This document shows positions 51,283 through 62,919 of a stretch of 64,000 nucleotides of DNA, piece by piece. The notes beneath the pieces were generated by a model. The model was not told the DNA's origin. It ran no database searches and was given only the letters and a program-made list of their open reading frames with translations. The stretch comes from Zootoca vivipara (taxonomy: Eukaryota), in the NCBI RefSeq assembly GCF_963506605.1, contig NC_083280.1, positions 81,964,001-82,028,000 on the forward strand, written 5' to 3'. Both the position numbers and the translations under genes were made by a program. How positions within the stretch are numbered: position 1 is the stretch's first letter; each line of letters opens with the position of its first letter.

Positions 51283-53983
51283 CTGGGGAAATAAAATAAC
51301 TTAAACCACTCATAAGTCAAGCCGCTAGTCCTCATTTTTGATGGTTTGTTTGTTGCATAATTCCCAAGGCAGGCTATATTTCCTTTTATGATATACATCC
51401 TCACAAGTACTCTTTGAGAAAAGGTAACACTTTGAGGGGAAAGCAGCAGAAGCCAAGAGACAGCAACCGAATCCAGCAAGTCCACGGCTGACCTTCCACT
51501 TGAACCTTGGTCCAACTCTAACCCTTTTACGGCTAGCACCAGGCTGGGCTTCCATTCACCCAATAATCCTCCCTTGTAAACTCCCACCCCCCAAATATCT
51601 AAAAAGTAATCATTACAACTTGGTGGAGGTGACTCCATCATTAACCTTTCCAATTCCAAAGGCCAAGTCCCATATTGCAGTTTAAAGGCGAGCTATGAGT
51701 TGCTAAACATGCTTAAAAGAAAAAAGAACTGGCAGCTGGAAGTCCCACTTATCTAGAACTTGGGGCGCCAGAGCTTTGAACAGGCTTTTTGCCCTTTCAA
51801 ATTTGATAAGCCCATTGCCTCACTGAGGCACACACTTGTATTCACAGTGCCTAAATAGCCATTTCATATTTGAAAGAAAGCACAGCTAGGTAGCACCCTA
51901 AAGACTATACCCAGGCATTCATCTCTTCCCCCATCCCTCTACTCCTATTCCTGCTCTCTTACTGTCTCCTGGAAACCTTTGAGAGGGCATTTGTTCAAGC
52001 TGCCAAGTTAAATCCTCCACTCTCATGTCAGTCTGGGTGGGGGGAGCAGTCAGAACACCCAGCGTCTCTTAGGCCTGTTGAAGTAAATGCACAGATACAC
52101 ACTATTACTTTGGCCCTGGAGAATCATTAAACCCTTTCAGATCAGTAACTAAAGACCAACATGTATATACAGTGCAGAAAAGCAGGCTGTGGTGATGACA
52201 GGGGTCTGAGACTTTAAAAACTGGCTACCGTCTCAATTCCCTCTGTGACTGCAGGCTTACACATTTCCCAGCTGCACAGGCTGTAGAAGCACAATCAGGC
52301 AAAGAAAAGAAAAGATCTAAACATCATATTGTGTGCGGTTGTTCTCTTCCTCCTCCTCGTCATCATTCCTCAGTTTTTAACGATGCTCATAATTATTAAG
52401 ACAGAAGAAGGCAACAGGCATCTCAGAAGGTCTCACTCCTACAACCAAAGTCAGCTACCAAATTAGAACCTTCACACGTGCGCCCAACACACCCATATAT
52501 CCAAAAAGTTTTCAGGGCAGGCGAAGAAACCCGACCAAGGAACTTTTATATCCCCTCCCATTATCTTCCTTTGGAAGTCGGCCTAGGAGACCTGCCCAAA
52601 AAGTTCGTGGCCAGGAATCCAAGACTCAACTCAGATGGCTCCTATTTTTAATGTTTACATTCCTCAAGTGCCTTTTAACTGCCATGTTACTTTTCGGGTT
52701 TTTTTCTTCCTTGCAGCCAGCTATAGCTCAAACTTGTCTCCCCTGGAAAACGATTCCCTCGGTCCCTCTCCGCGCGCCCACCCTCGGTTCAGAGTACCAA
52801 GAAAGCAGGGGCTAGACTCTTCTCTCTCCCCCCCCCCCCGCCCGCCACCTTCTTTCACTGGCTTCCTGGACAGATGAAATGGGAGAGGGAGGGAGAGACG
52901 GGGGAGGGAGAGAGAGGGAGGGAGAGGTGGGGGGAGACCCTCCCCGCGCGCCCCTCCTGGCCGGCGAGAGAGGCCCCAAGTCCCAACTGGCTTTCAGAAT
53001 CCAGACACAAGGAATTTGCACTCGCTCCGGCTTCCCACCGCCCGGAAAAGAAGCTCGGCGCCCCCTCCTCCACCTCTCCCCCTCCCACCCACCTTTCTTA
53101 CATCTTCCCCTGCAAACCCTCCTCCGGATCGATCGATTAGGCTCTCGTCGGGGAGGATCTTAAAGGAATCGCCTTTTCTCAAAACCAGTTAGCAAAAGTA
53201 TATGAATTTTTTTAAAAAAAGCCGGCCAGGAGGGGAGGAGGGAGGCAGGAGGGCAGGGAGAAAGGACAACAAAACAAAACCCCGAACCAGAAGCTCTCCG
53301 GATTATTTGAAACCTTCCTTTGTTTTTAGGGCGCAAAATCGCGGCTCCTGCCGGCAGCCTGCCCCCCAACCCCTGCCAGTCAAGGGTGCAAAAATAGGCA
53401 CGTTGTTTGGGCTCTTCAAACTTGAGACGCGCGCACATAAAAAACACCTTTTGCCGATCTATATGTATATAATCGTGTATGTCTCCTTTCTTTTCCACTC
53501 ATTCCGACCCACCCACGTTCTAACATGCGCACCGCTTTTCGATTCTTTTTCTTTAAATAAAAGCGATCCCCAGTAAACGTCTGGCTTCTTCATGCCCCCC
53601 CCCGCTATCGTAAAATAAAGCAATATATTAATACAGCAAACTAAGATTCAAGTCCATCCGCCTTTCCCCCAGGATCTCCCGGGTTTTGCCTCTGTCTTCG
53701 CGAACCCCCCACATTGCCAAACGTAGAAACACAAGCTGCCCCTTTAAGAAGTCTTCACACTGTTTTCCTGGATTTCTTCTTTTCTCTCTCTCCCCCCCCC
53801 CCCCCCGCGTCGCCGCCGCTTCCAATCTTCACACCAAACATAAAACAACATATCTATGGATTTCGGTGCATTTCCTTATCTCGCTTTTACTTCCATTGTT
53901 TCTACAAACCTTGGCCGGAGTACCCCCCCCCCCTCCAAAAACACACACACAAGGAGATGTAAATGAACAGAGACGAAACTTAC

Positions 53984-54270
53984 CTACAGGCTGGGGAGAA
54001 TGAGCAAGGCTTGCAAGAAGGGGGAAAAATCATACGGAAGAAAGCAGGCAAAGCAAAATATTCCCTCTTTCCAGTGGATCTGCTGCAGGTCTGGTTCAGG
54101 TGGCTTTTAAAATTTTACTTTAAAAAAATCTCTTATTTCTTGCCTTTAATAGATGTATATATATATATAATCTAAATTAAAAAAACCTCTCACAGACAGT
54201 GAAAAGGAGCTCAGTGTTAGTGGGAGAATAAGTGAATCAACTAGCAGAGAGCAGAGCAAGTTGAAGTGTC
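53984..54270 (-). other. Putative first (non-coding) exon of an unidentified gene
   Basis: Perfect donor CTGTAG|GTAAGT inside the CpG island; CCAAT on minus at 54278-54282; TSS approximate; no recognisable protein. Confidence 0.55.
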
Positions 54271-55554
54271 AAATTACATTGGCTATTTTATTACCAAAGG
54301 GCCCTGCTTCTGGCTGTTGGCAAAATCTGTCCCAGATTCCTATCTGAAAGGGAGCTGTCTCTCCTGGAAGGAAGCTTTTTCTCCCTGCATGTGCCTGTCT
54401 CCTCTTCCCCCCCTCCCCGCCACCCCGCTTTCCACCGCACCTCCTGACCACCTAAAGTTAAAATCTTTAAGAGCCAAGTTGAACAACGCAAATAATTGTC
54501 TTTCGAGATTTCCCCCTCCCCTCCCCGCCACCCTCATCAAAGGGAAGAACTTCCTGTCGAGAGAAACGGAGCGCGGCGCGCACACCATTGCCCGACTGTT
54601 TATAAAAATTAATGAAGGGGGGGGAGGGACACACACACACACACCCCCTTTTGCAATTTCCACACACACACACACACCCCACATAGAAAGACGTCCATAA
54701 TCCAGTGCACTTTTAAACTGGCAACGCTTCCCAGTCTACACGGCCATTTAAGACCATTGTTTTAGGCTACTCTCTGCGTGTGAATGGAAACCAGTCCACT
54801 CTAAACATTTTGTATTTTGACACGGTCCTTGCGCGCGCGCGGTATGTGTGTGTGTGTATGTGCTTTATATTATAGGGGGGAGTTTTGTGGGTTTTTTTTT
54901 TAATTACTAGAAAACCAGTAGCTTTATCCACGAGCCGCGCACGGTAATGTGCAGCCTGGACCTGCTTCCTAGGAGGTAAATCTAATTTAGGTGTAATAGG
55001 GCTTCCTCCCAGGTAAGACGGGGCAACCCGTGTCTCCCACACACCCACTTTTATCCAGGAATTTAACCCACTTGAACCCAGCCGTGATTTACTTCTGAGT
55101 AAGCGCCAATAAAATCGGAAGGCGAGGTAGCCAATGGCAGGAAACGCGTTGACTTTAAATATATTTTTTCCTCTTTAGGAAAAGTCCGATCGTTTAAGGG
55201 GGATTCGCAAGACGCCCAGCACAGCGAGGCGGAAGGAGGCGGCGAGGATGTTCCTAACTCTGCACAACACCCGGATCTTCCTCTGAGAAGAACCGGGAAC
55301 GGGGAGATGAGGGGAGTGGAAACCAGATCCCGGGAGGAGGAGCTGCGTGTGTGTGTGTTTGTGTGTGTGTTTTAATAGCAGAGCCCCGGTAGCGAGGAGG
55401 CTGCTGGGTCTCGATGTTAATTGAAAGAGAGGTTTGTGTATGTGCGCCTTTTTTGTGAAAATTTCCCGACTACACAGAGCTCTCACCGGATCTATCTCCT
55501 CCTCTCTGCCTTTAAATTCGCAGCCCGATCCAATGCCCCGTTAGGCGGCGGGGG

Positions 55555-55643
55555 CATAGCTGCCAAGTTCTCTTTTTTTTAAGGGAAATTCCCTTATGCT
55601 GAATAGGCTTCCTCGTGAGAAAAGGGAAAACTTGGCAGCTATG
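55555..55643. mobile_element. 89-bp hAT MITE (family of 34681, inverted)
   Basis: TIRs CATAGCTGCCAAGTT; perfect TSD GGCGGGGG. Confidence 0.93.
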
Positions 55644-56969
55644 GGCGGGGGAGCAGGCACACCGGCTCTTCTCTTCTCCCCCTGATTTTTAAAAGTATTT
55701 TTGGCGCGAGTTCCTTTTTTTTGCAGCAGCAGCAGCCCGATCCCAGCGCACGTTTTCCTCGAAAATCAGCGCCAGGTTTTTTGTTTTTTAAAAAAGTGGT
55801 GCTTGCTCTCTGCCCCCCTTTACGCGTTTCACACACAGGGCTTGCATACATGCTTAGGCGCACAATACCACCATCAGGCTGTCTTGAAAAGCTGGCGGAT
55901 TCGGATCAACGGAAGAGTTCATGAGCTCCAAATGGGGGGATTCCAGCCGGGTCTCCAATAGATAGATTGATTTAGATTACCACGCTAAATCGTCCTTGTC
56001 TTCTAAGAGCCCCGACCCTCGTTACCATCCCTTCTCTCCCTGACAAAATATTTGCAGGCCTAGCAATGTTTTACGACGAGCTGTTAAGAAGTCGAATATA
56101 TATTCCACGCCCGTCGAGTCCAACAGGGCTTGTTAGATTATGCAACTGAAGAGAAGCGATTTAAAGAGCGCCCAGGCTCCGCCCCGTTTCTCTTGGGGAA
56201 AGGAGGGAGGAATTGATTTTGAAGCAAGTGGGGGGGGGGTGGAACCTAATACACCCAGCTATCCCTGTTAACAGACCCAAGGCCCGATGCATCCTTTACT
56301 CGAAAGTCACAGAGTCCTATTGAACACAAGGGGTCTTACTCCCAAACGTGGGTCTCACGGTGGGTGGGCTTACTCCGAGGTTCAGATTCGCAGCGTTCAC
56401 ACTTGGAAGGAGGCCCAGAGCTGCGGAGTTTTATAGTGCTCTTTATATGATCCGGCGGGACTTCTGCATTTAGAGTACATTTTACCAGCGCTGCGCTTTA
56501 ATTTCCAAGGATGGATCAAAGAAATCTCGAGGCGTGTTTCAATCCTCTTGCAGGAGGTACTTTAGAGCAGCCGTCGCAAACCTAGCGCCCCCCTCCGCCC
56601 GCTGTCGCGGACGGAAGTTGTAGTCCCCAACATTTGGAGGGCGCCAGGTTGGCGACGCCCGGATTTCCCCGTGCTCTCTGACACCGCATCCCTTTCCCCT
56701 CAATTAAAGACTCATTTAACCGATTTCATCTGACTTCTCTTCCTTGGCAGCCCCATCCCCCCACCTAAATCCTCTGCACCCCTCCAAAATAATGTCCATT
56801 TGAAGCGTTGGATGCCATGCCACCCGAACCTAAGGAGAGCGCCTGTTGATTTTGTTTTTGTAAGACCCAAGCAACAATCTGATGTGCAGCCCGATCCGGT
56901 ATTTATTCGGAAGGAGGTCCCAGTGAGTTTAAAGAGATTTCCAAGTAAAAAGGCGTAGCGTTATCTTTA

Positions 56970-57316
56970 GGTAAAGGTAAAGGGACCCCTGACCATTAGG
57001 TCCAGTCGTGACCAACTCTGGGGTTGCGCGCTCATCTCGCATTATTGGCCGAGGGGGCCGGCGTACAGCTTCCAGGTCATGTGGCCAGCATGACAAAGCC
57101 GCTTCTGGCAGACCAGAGCAGCACATGGAAACGCCGTTTACCTTCCCGCTGTAGAGGTTCCTATTTATCTGCATTTTGACGTGCTTTCGAACTGCTAGGT
57201 TGGCAGGAGCTGGGACCAAGCAACGGGAGCTCACCCCGTCACAGGGATTCGAACCGCCAACCTTCTGATCAGCAAGCCCTAGGCTCAGTGGTTTAACCCA
57301 CAGAGCCACCTGGGTC
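56970..57316 (-). mobile_element. Sauria SINE (Squam1), full length, young
   Basis: B box GGTTCGAATCC on minus, (ACCTTT)n tail, 13-bp TSD AGCGTTATCTTTA. Confidence 0.96.
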
Positions 57317-57422
57317 AGCGTTATCTTTACTTGGCAATAAAATTAATGTCACTCGGTGGAACCTCCGGGCAAACAGCAGGTTGCATATTGTGCTCTGAAG
57401 GGCTTGAATCTAGGTCCTGAGT

Positions 57423-57974
57423 TCTGGTTACAGGTAGGTAGCCGTGTTGGTCTGGATCGAAGTAAAATAAAAAAATTCCTTCAGTAGCACCTTAAAGACC
57501 AACTAAGTTTTTATTTTGGTATGAGCTTTCGTGTGCATGCACACTTCTTCAGATACAGTGAAATGGAAGTTTCCAGGCACTTATGTAGAGAAGGGGTGGG
57601 GAGGGGTGGGGAGGGGGAGGGGGGATCACTCAGAAGGGTGGTGGAAATGGGTGATTGACTGACTGATAGCTGTTGATGACCGCAAACGACTGCAAATGGT
57701 TTTGCATGAAAAAGCAAGGGTTGAGATGGCTGAAGATCGCTTATCATGTATAATGAGATAAGAACCCGATATCTCTGTTCAAACCAGGTCCCTCCATGGT
57801 TTTGAGCTTGGTGATAAGTTGCAATTCAGCAACTTCTCTTTCCAGTCTATTTCTGAAATTCTTTTGTAGTAAGACAGCTACTTTGAGATCTTGTATAGAA
57901 TGTCCTGGGAGATTGAAGTGTTCTCCTACTGGTTTTTCTGTCTTCTGGTTCCTGATGTCAGATTTATGTCCATT
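57423..57974 (-). mobile_element. Penelope-like element 3' fragment
   Basis: Minus 57974-57744 reads NGHKSDIRNQKTEKPVGEHFNLPGHSIQDLKVAVL...GLNRDIGFLSHYT* (GIY-YIG endonuclease C-terminus), then pLTR; TSD TAGGTCCTGAGT (57411-57422 / 57975-57986). Confidence 0.92.
57519..57556 (-). ncRNA. Minimal type I hammerhead ribozyme motif in Penelope pLTR
   Basis: GUAU-CUGAAGA-A-GUGUGC-AU-GCACAC-GAAA-G-CUC-AUAC: conserved core, stem II, stem I and palindromic stem III. Confidence 0.75.
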
Positions 57975-58469
57975 TAGGTCCTGAGTAACACCGAGATCCT
58001 GATTATTGTTAGTACCCCATTGAGTAGATTAATATGCTTATGATCAGAGTAGAAAACTACTTAAATTCAAATATTGAGATCTATGGAGGAAGCACGGTAT
58101 GCAAATTTAAATAACAACATTTCAGGAAAACTGGGTAGTGGTTCTATATTTTCTCTTCACCTCCCTAATATTCATTCACCCCAACAGCCCTACGGTGCAG
58201 ATTCCTATGTTCCTAATTAACCCTAATCCTGAATTCCTAAGACCCACGCCAGTATTTCTGCCTCCCCTTTGCTTTTGTGAAGGGGTGTCTGAAAAGCCAT
58301 ACACCAGAAAAGAGGGCTGTGTGTCTCTGTGTGATAAGCTGTGAGCTCTTGCAGGACCAGTGGCTGAGTTAGGACTACACAGGTCTCCTGGTCTACACAA
58401 ATAAAGAATAAACACTGCCAGCAACTCAGATTATTCACCAACAGCCCCCATCCTGTGTGAGTGATACAG

Positions 58470-58653
58470 TAGGGCCTTGGCTCAGTGGAAGAACATCTGC
58501 TATGCATGCAGAAGGAGGTCCCAGGTTCAGTCTTTAGCATCTCCAGGGAGAGACCCCATCTGAAACCCTGAAGAGCCACTGAAAATAAAAATCTAGAAAA
58601 AAAATCTAGATGGAGCAGTGGCCCGACTCTGAGGACAGATTCCTAGGTTCCTA
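58470..58653 (+). mobile_element. tRNA-derived SINE with CR1-like tail
   Basis: GGCTCAGTGG A box, GGTTCAGTC B-like box, TTCCTAGGTTCCTA tail. Confidence 0.7.
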
Positions 58654-58738
58654 CCCTGTGTCTGTTTACTCCACAGTAAGTTTTGCGGTACTCAGTGGGG
58701 CTTACTCATCACTAAATAGGCATTGACTTGCGTGCACT

Positions 58739-58900
58739 CAGGAGTGCCATCTTGAATAAAATATTGGGGGGGGGCAGGAAGCCCCGCCCCTCATAATTGA
58801 TCATATGATGAGGTGCACACACACTATTTGAATGGCAATGTCCATTAACGGGGAGGGGGGAGCTTGCTCAAAGATTTTTTGGGGGGTGCCGAAGGGGAAT
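58739..58900. mobile_element. hAT-type MITE fragment
   Basis: CAGGAGTGCCATCTTGAATAAAATATTGGGGGG terminus-like sequence. Confidence 0.45.
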
Positions 58901-59049
58901 GGTGTCAGGGGTTCTTGCCTCCAAGTAAGCGTGTAAGGAGCTGGGCTGCAATCCTACAGATTTACTTAAGGGCAACCCCCCCCCATTGCTCTTACTTTCA
59001 GGCAAACATGAACAGGATCGCTTTGGGGAGGGTTGTTTGGGGTCAACAG

Positions 59050-59640
59050 GCTTGCCCCGTTCGGTATTAACGCGTTCAGAGTGTGCGCGTGTGTCCTTTC
59101 CACCCACGAGGAAGGATAAGTGTCTTTCCCTTGCCCTGTTCCATCCTTAAAGCAAGGGAAAGTTCCCCGATACTAACTGCAGCCTGCCACGGCTCCGATC
59201 CGAAGCTTGAGCCGCTGTCCCGGGCTCCGCGTTTTGCAGGCAACCGCCGTGTCAGATGGAGAGCTCTGAATAACAAAGACAAGTTTGAGAGCAGCCGCAG
59301 CCGCAGCAGCAGCAGAGCTGGCTGAGTGACGTCAGGGAACAATGCCTGTGCCAACAGCTTTCCCTCTTCGCCACACTCGCACACGCACACACACAGCAGC
59401 TCCTCCTCGGTTACACAAACAGGGCTCTGCTCTCGGAGATGCAGATCCTTAAAGGGACACTGGCCCTTTATGCCCCTCGGCTCTCCAAAGAAGAGCTTTT
59501 TTTTTTTTTTGCAAGCTCTTCCCACCTCCTTCCCTTTATTTAGTCAGCCAGTTCAGCCTGGCTGCTGCTGTTCTTGCTTTTAAGGCGGAGGCAATCTTTT
59601 GAATCGCCACCTCGCTTGCCACTAGTAATGCATGCGAAGT
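59050..59640. promoter_or_regulatory. Second CpG-rich element with a full CRE
   Basis: TGACGTCA at 59327-59334, (GCA/GCC) repeats, elevated CpG. Confidence 0.5.
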
Positions 59641-59702
59641 TGTGTGTTAAGTGGGGGCATGCCCCCCCCAAAGGAAAATACAGTAGGATATTGTTTTCGT
59701 CT

Positions 59703-59704
<2 letters not shown>

Positions 59705-59732
<28 letters not shown>
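59705..59732. repeat. (GT)n microsatellite
   Basis: Perfect run. Confidence 0.95.
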
Positions 59733-59733
<1 letters not shown>

Positions 59734-59927
59734 GACAGCTGCTTTTTCATATGCCTAGTTAAGATGCTGTATTAAGACATAATTACAGATTGGTTGTTTT
59801 CACCATTAAATAGATATTTAAAAGTTCTCAGTCCTGCAACTTTCCCGAGACTCAATGGCTGAGATTTAGAGAGTAAATTCCTTCCAAAGAACTTTGTGAG
59901 CATAAAAGTAATGCTTAAGTAATTGAT

Positions 59928-60112
59928 TTCCAGGAGGGCCAGCCCTGTCAGTCTCTCGCAACAAAAGCAACAAAGAGTCCTGTGAGACCTTAAAAGACGT
60001 TAGCAAATGTTATTCTGACATAAAGCTTTCAGGGACTGGAGTCCACTAGTCCACAAGAATTTAGGCAGTAATAGCATTTGCTACTCTTTAAGGTGCCACA
60101 GAACTCTTGCCT
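59928..60112. mobile_element. Penelope pLTR-derived foldback element
   Basis: Similar to 57430-57545; inverted arms 59973-60014 and 60070-60108. Confidence 0.7.
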
Positions 60113-60251
60113 TTGCCAACTAATTAAGTAATTAATTGTTTAATTAAAAAGTAGCCTGAAACCAAATAATTAGCTGGGTACTTCAAATTCATATGTGACA
60201 TCTGCCCCCACTGCTCATTTTGATAAACTGCTTTGAGGTTTTATTGCAATC

Positions 60252-60324
60252 GTAGAGTCATAGAATTGTAGAGTTGGAAGGGACCCAGAGGGTCATCTAG
60301 TCCAACCCCCTGCAATAGGAATCT
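60252..60324 (-). mobile_element. SINE/CR1-type tail
   Basis: CATAGAATTGTAGAGTTGGAAGGGACCC...GGTCATCTAGTCCAACCCCCTGCAAT. Confidence 0.75.
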
Positions 60325-60535
60325 AAATACCTTTTGTCAAATAAATAAAGTTTGGACCTCATCACCCCATACAGCTGGCGGTGCACAAAGATGACAGAAG
60401 CCACATTGGGCAGAATCCAATAATAATAATAATAATATTTTATATGAGCTGCTTTTGATTACTAAGTGAAAAGGTGGGATCTAAATGTATTAAATAAATA
60501 AATGAAACCTCCCTGTTAGGGTCTGAACTCTAGAG

Positions 60536-60661
60536 CAGCCTCCCCCAATGTGAATGACCTCCAGCTGTTTTGCACTACAGCTCTTATCCCCCCTGGCCAT
60601 GAGACACACTGGCTGGTGCTGATGGGAGTTGTAGTCTAAAAAACCAGGTTCAGAAAGGCTG
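60536..60661. mobile_element. Older hAT MITE
   Basis: CAGCCT...AAGGCTG ends; TSD CTCTAGAG/CTCTAGAA. Confidence 0.75.
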
Positions 60662-60669
60662 CTCTAGAA

Positions 60670-60803
60670 CAGGCATCCCCAAACTGGCCCTCCAGATGCT
60701 TTGGCCAACAACTCCCATGATCCCTAGCTAACAGGTCCAGTGGTCAGGGATGATGGGAATTGTAGTCCAAAATAGCTGGAGGGCCGAAGTTTGGTGATGC
60801 CTG
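60670..60803. mobile_element. hAT MITE (family of 26641)
   Basis: TIRs present; perfect TSD CTCTAGAA. Confidence 0.93.
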
Positions 60804-61592
60804 CTCTAGAACTATGTAATGGTGGCCCTCTGGTCTGCAACCCTTCTAAACAGGCCTTCCAAGCATCCCTTGCCTACTCACTTCCTGCCAGCAATGCAAA
60901 ACCTCTCCTGGCCCCTAGAACCTGTGTTGCATTTTTTGACTGAGTCCTGCTTTCAACTTGGCACCACCTTTCCTCAGCACCATGCTTCCACCACCCATTG
61001 TCCTCAGACCACTGAGGACTCTGCCCCGCTTCCTTCAGCCACCCTGTCTCTGAAGCAGCCCACCGGGAGTTTCATTTCCCTCCACACATAACATAGACTC
61101 AGCGGTGGACTTTGGGCTTTCAAATTTCAGCAGCGCCCTGTGCGACACTATAATTTGGTCCCCCCTGCCTCTTGCGCTTCATTCTGCATCATTGTTGTGG
61201 TGTCAGCACCCAGTGTGGCCAAACCAGATGCGCTGACAATTTTCACTATGTGGCCGTTTTAAATTGTTCTTAATGTTTTGTTTTGGTTTTTTTTTAAAAA
61301 AAGATTTCTACTTATTTTATTTTTACTTGTATCATTTTGCTGCATTGTTTGTCTGCCCGGCTCCCTGCAAAGGGTTGGATGGAAATTTAATAAGTAAATA
61401 ATAAAGCCCCATCCTGGTCTCGAGTGCTATGAGAATTCTTCATTCATTCATTCATTCATTCATTAGCATCAATTCTCTTCCTGCCTCAGTTTCCTCCTTT
61501 TGCCCTCTACTGGCTCCTTCTTTTAAGGCACTCTCAGCAAAATACTTTCCGGAGGCCCCTTCATAGGTGCTGCCACCTGTGGAGAGGAGGTG

Positions 61593-61673
61593 CCTCCTAC
61601 CTCCTCCTCCTCCTCCTCCTCCTCCTCCTCCTCCTCCTCCTCCTCCTCCTCCACCTCCTCCTCCTCCTCCTCC
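61593..61673. repeat. (CCT)n microsatellite
   Basis: Near-perfect run; a (GGT)(GGA) run follows at 61731-61759. Confidence 0.95.
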
Positions 61674-62255
61674 TTGCTGTTTGTTGCATGCCCAGAAAGG
61701 TGGTGGGTGAACAAAGCCAGTGGACTGCAAGGTGGTGGTGGAGGAGGAGGAGGAGGAGGAACCATCGCTGCCTTCCAAAAACATTGGAGGAAACTTTTGC
61801 CCAATGTAAGCAGCGTACAGAAAATCAGTGTCTAAAATAAGCAATGCCCAGATGCTAACCTTTTTACCATCTCTGTATGGAAGACATATTCTTTTCCTCA
61901 GATATAATCAGTTTTTAATGGTAAATGCAAATGGCATTGTGTGCCATATGACCATTTTCAAAGCATTTGTCAGTGCCACAAGTTTACAAGGTGATTATTT
62001 AACAAGCATAGTGCTTAGCAACAAGTTCCAATCTAAGAACAAAACTGATACGGTTAAGTGCCTATTTCCCCCTACCCATCATGTTTCACCTCCAGCATCA
62101 AGCACTCTTGTTGATTAGTGTGGCAGACTGTGCGCCCTGCTGCTGGGGTACACACATCTCTAATGGCACAGATAGATGTAACTCTTATTCTGGGTTAATT
62201 AATCTGGAATGCCTATCTTGATTATTTTTTCTCACCTTACTCATATGACCTAGCA

Positions 62256-62340
62256 CAGGGGTTTTCAAACTGCTCCTGGAAGCCCTTGGGTTTCTCAGAA
62301 GTTAATCAGGGGTTCCTCAAAGAGAAGATCAGTGATGGTG
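62256..62340. mobile_element. hAT element left end
   Basis: ACCTAGCA|CAGGGGTTTTCAAACT; extent to the right uncertain. Confidence 0.45.
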
Positions 62341-62919
62341 GTGATTGGATTGACTGACTGACTACTAGTTCCATCCAGCGTGAATTACAATTCTTAATAG
62401 GATTCTGGGCACGGTATGTTCTATGTTGGTCCCTATCTAACTGGCATGCTATATACCATTTAATGATGATAATAATAAGGATTGATCTGAATACAGCAGG
62501 TCAGTCATTTTAGTGAAATGGCCTATTGGTACATTCAAAAGTTTTTAAGCACTAGTTAAATGAGCAAGTTTTGATCATTTTCCTTCCTAGTATAGTTCTT
62601 AATAGCACTATTACAGAAATTTAGTTATTTGGAGGTGTCAATCTCTAATTTTAGGTGATTTGTCACCTGTCTTCTTAACTATTTAATAAATTAACTGATT
62701 TAATTTAAATAAATCTGCATATTAAGAAAGCTTCAGCATAAATGCCCTATTGAGATATTTGAGGAAGTGTGAAACAATGTACAATTGGCTAATCAATGCT
62801 GCTACTCATTGTTAAAAGGAATTTTTAAAGTATTTTGTTCCCTATTGAAAAAACACACCAGAATCACAACAGCCTCCAAAATGACTATTAATCTAAGCTC
62901 CATTAGTTTATACTGAAAG

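Larger units (their letters stand above)
52760..56700. promoter_or_regulatory. CpG island / promoter region
   Basis: Abrupt rise in CpG (CGCGCG runs) in non-repeat DNA, GC boxes, CCAAT boxes, G-rich tracts, near absence of TEs. Confidence 0.8.

Noticed and set aside
52635-55961. Many overlapping ORFs in the CpG island
   Set aside because: Expected in GC-rich, low-complexity DNA; none resembles a known protein.
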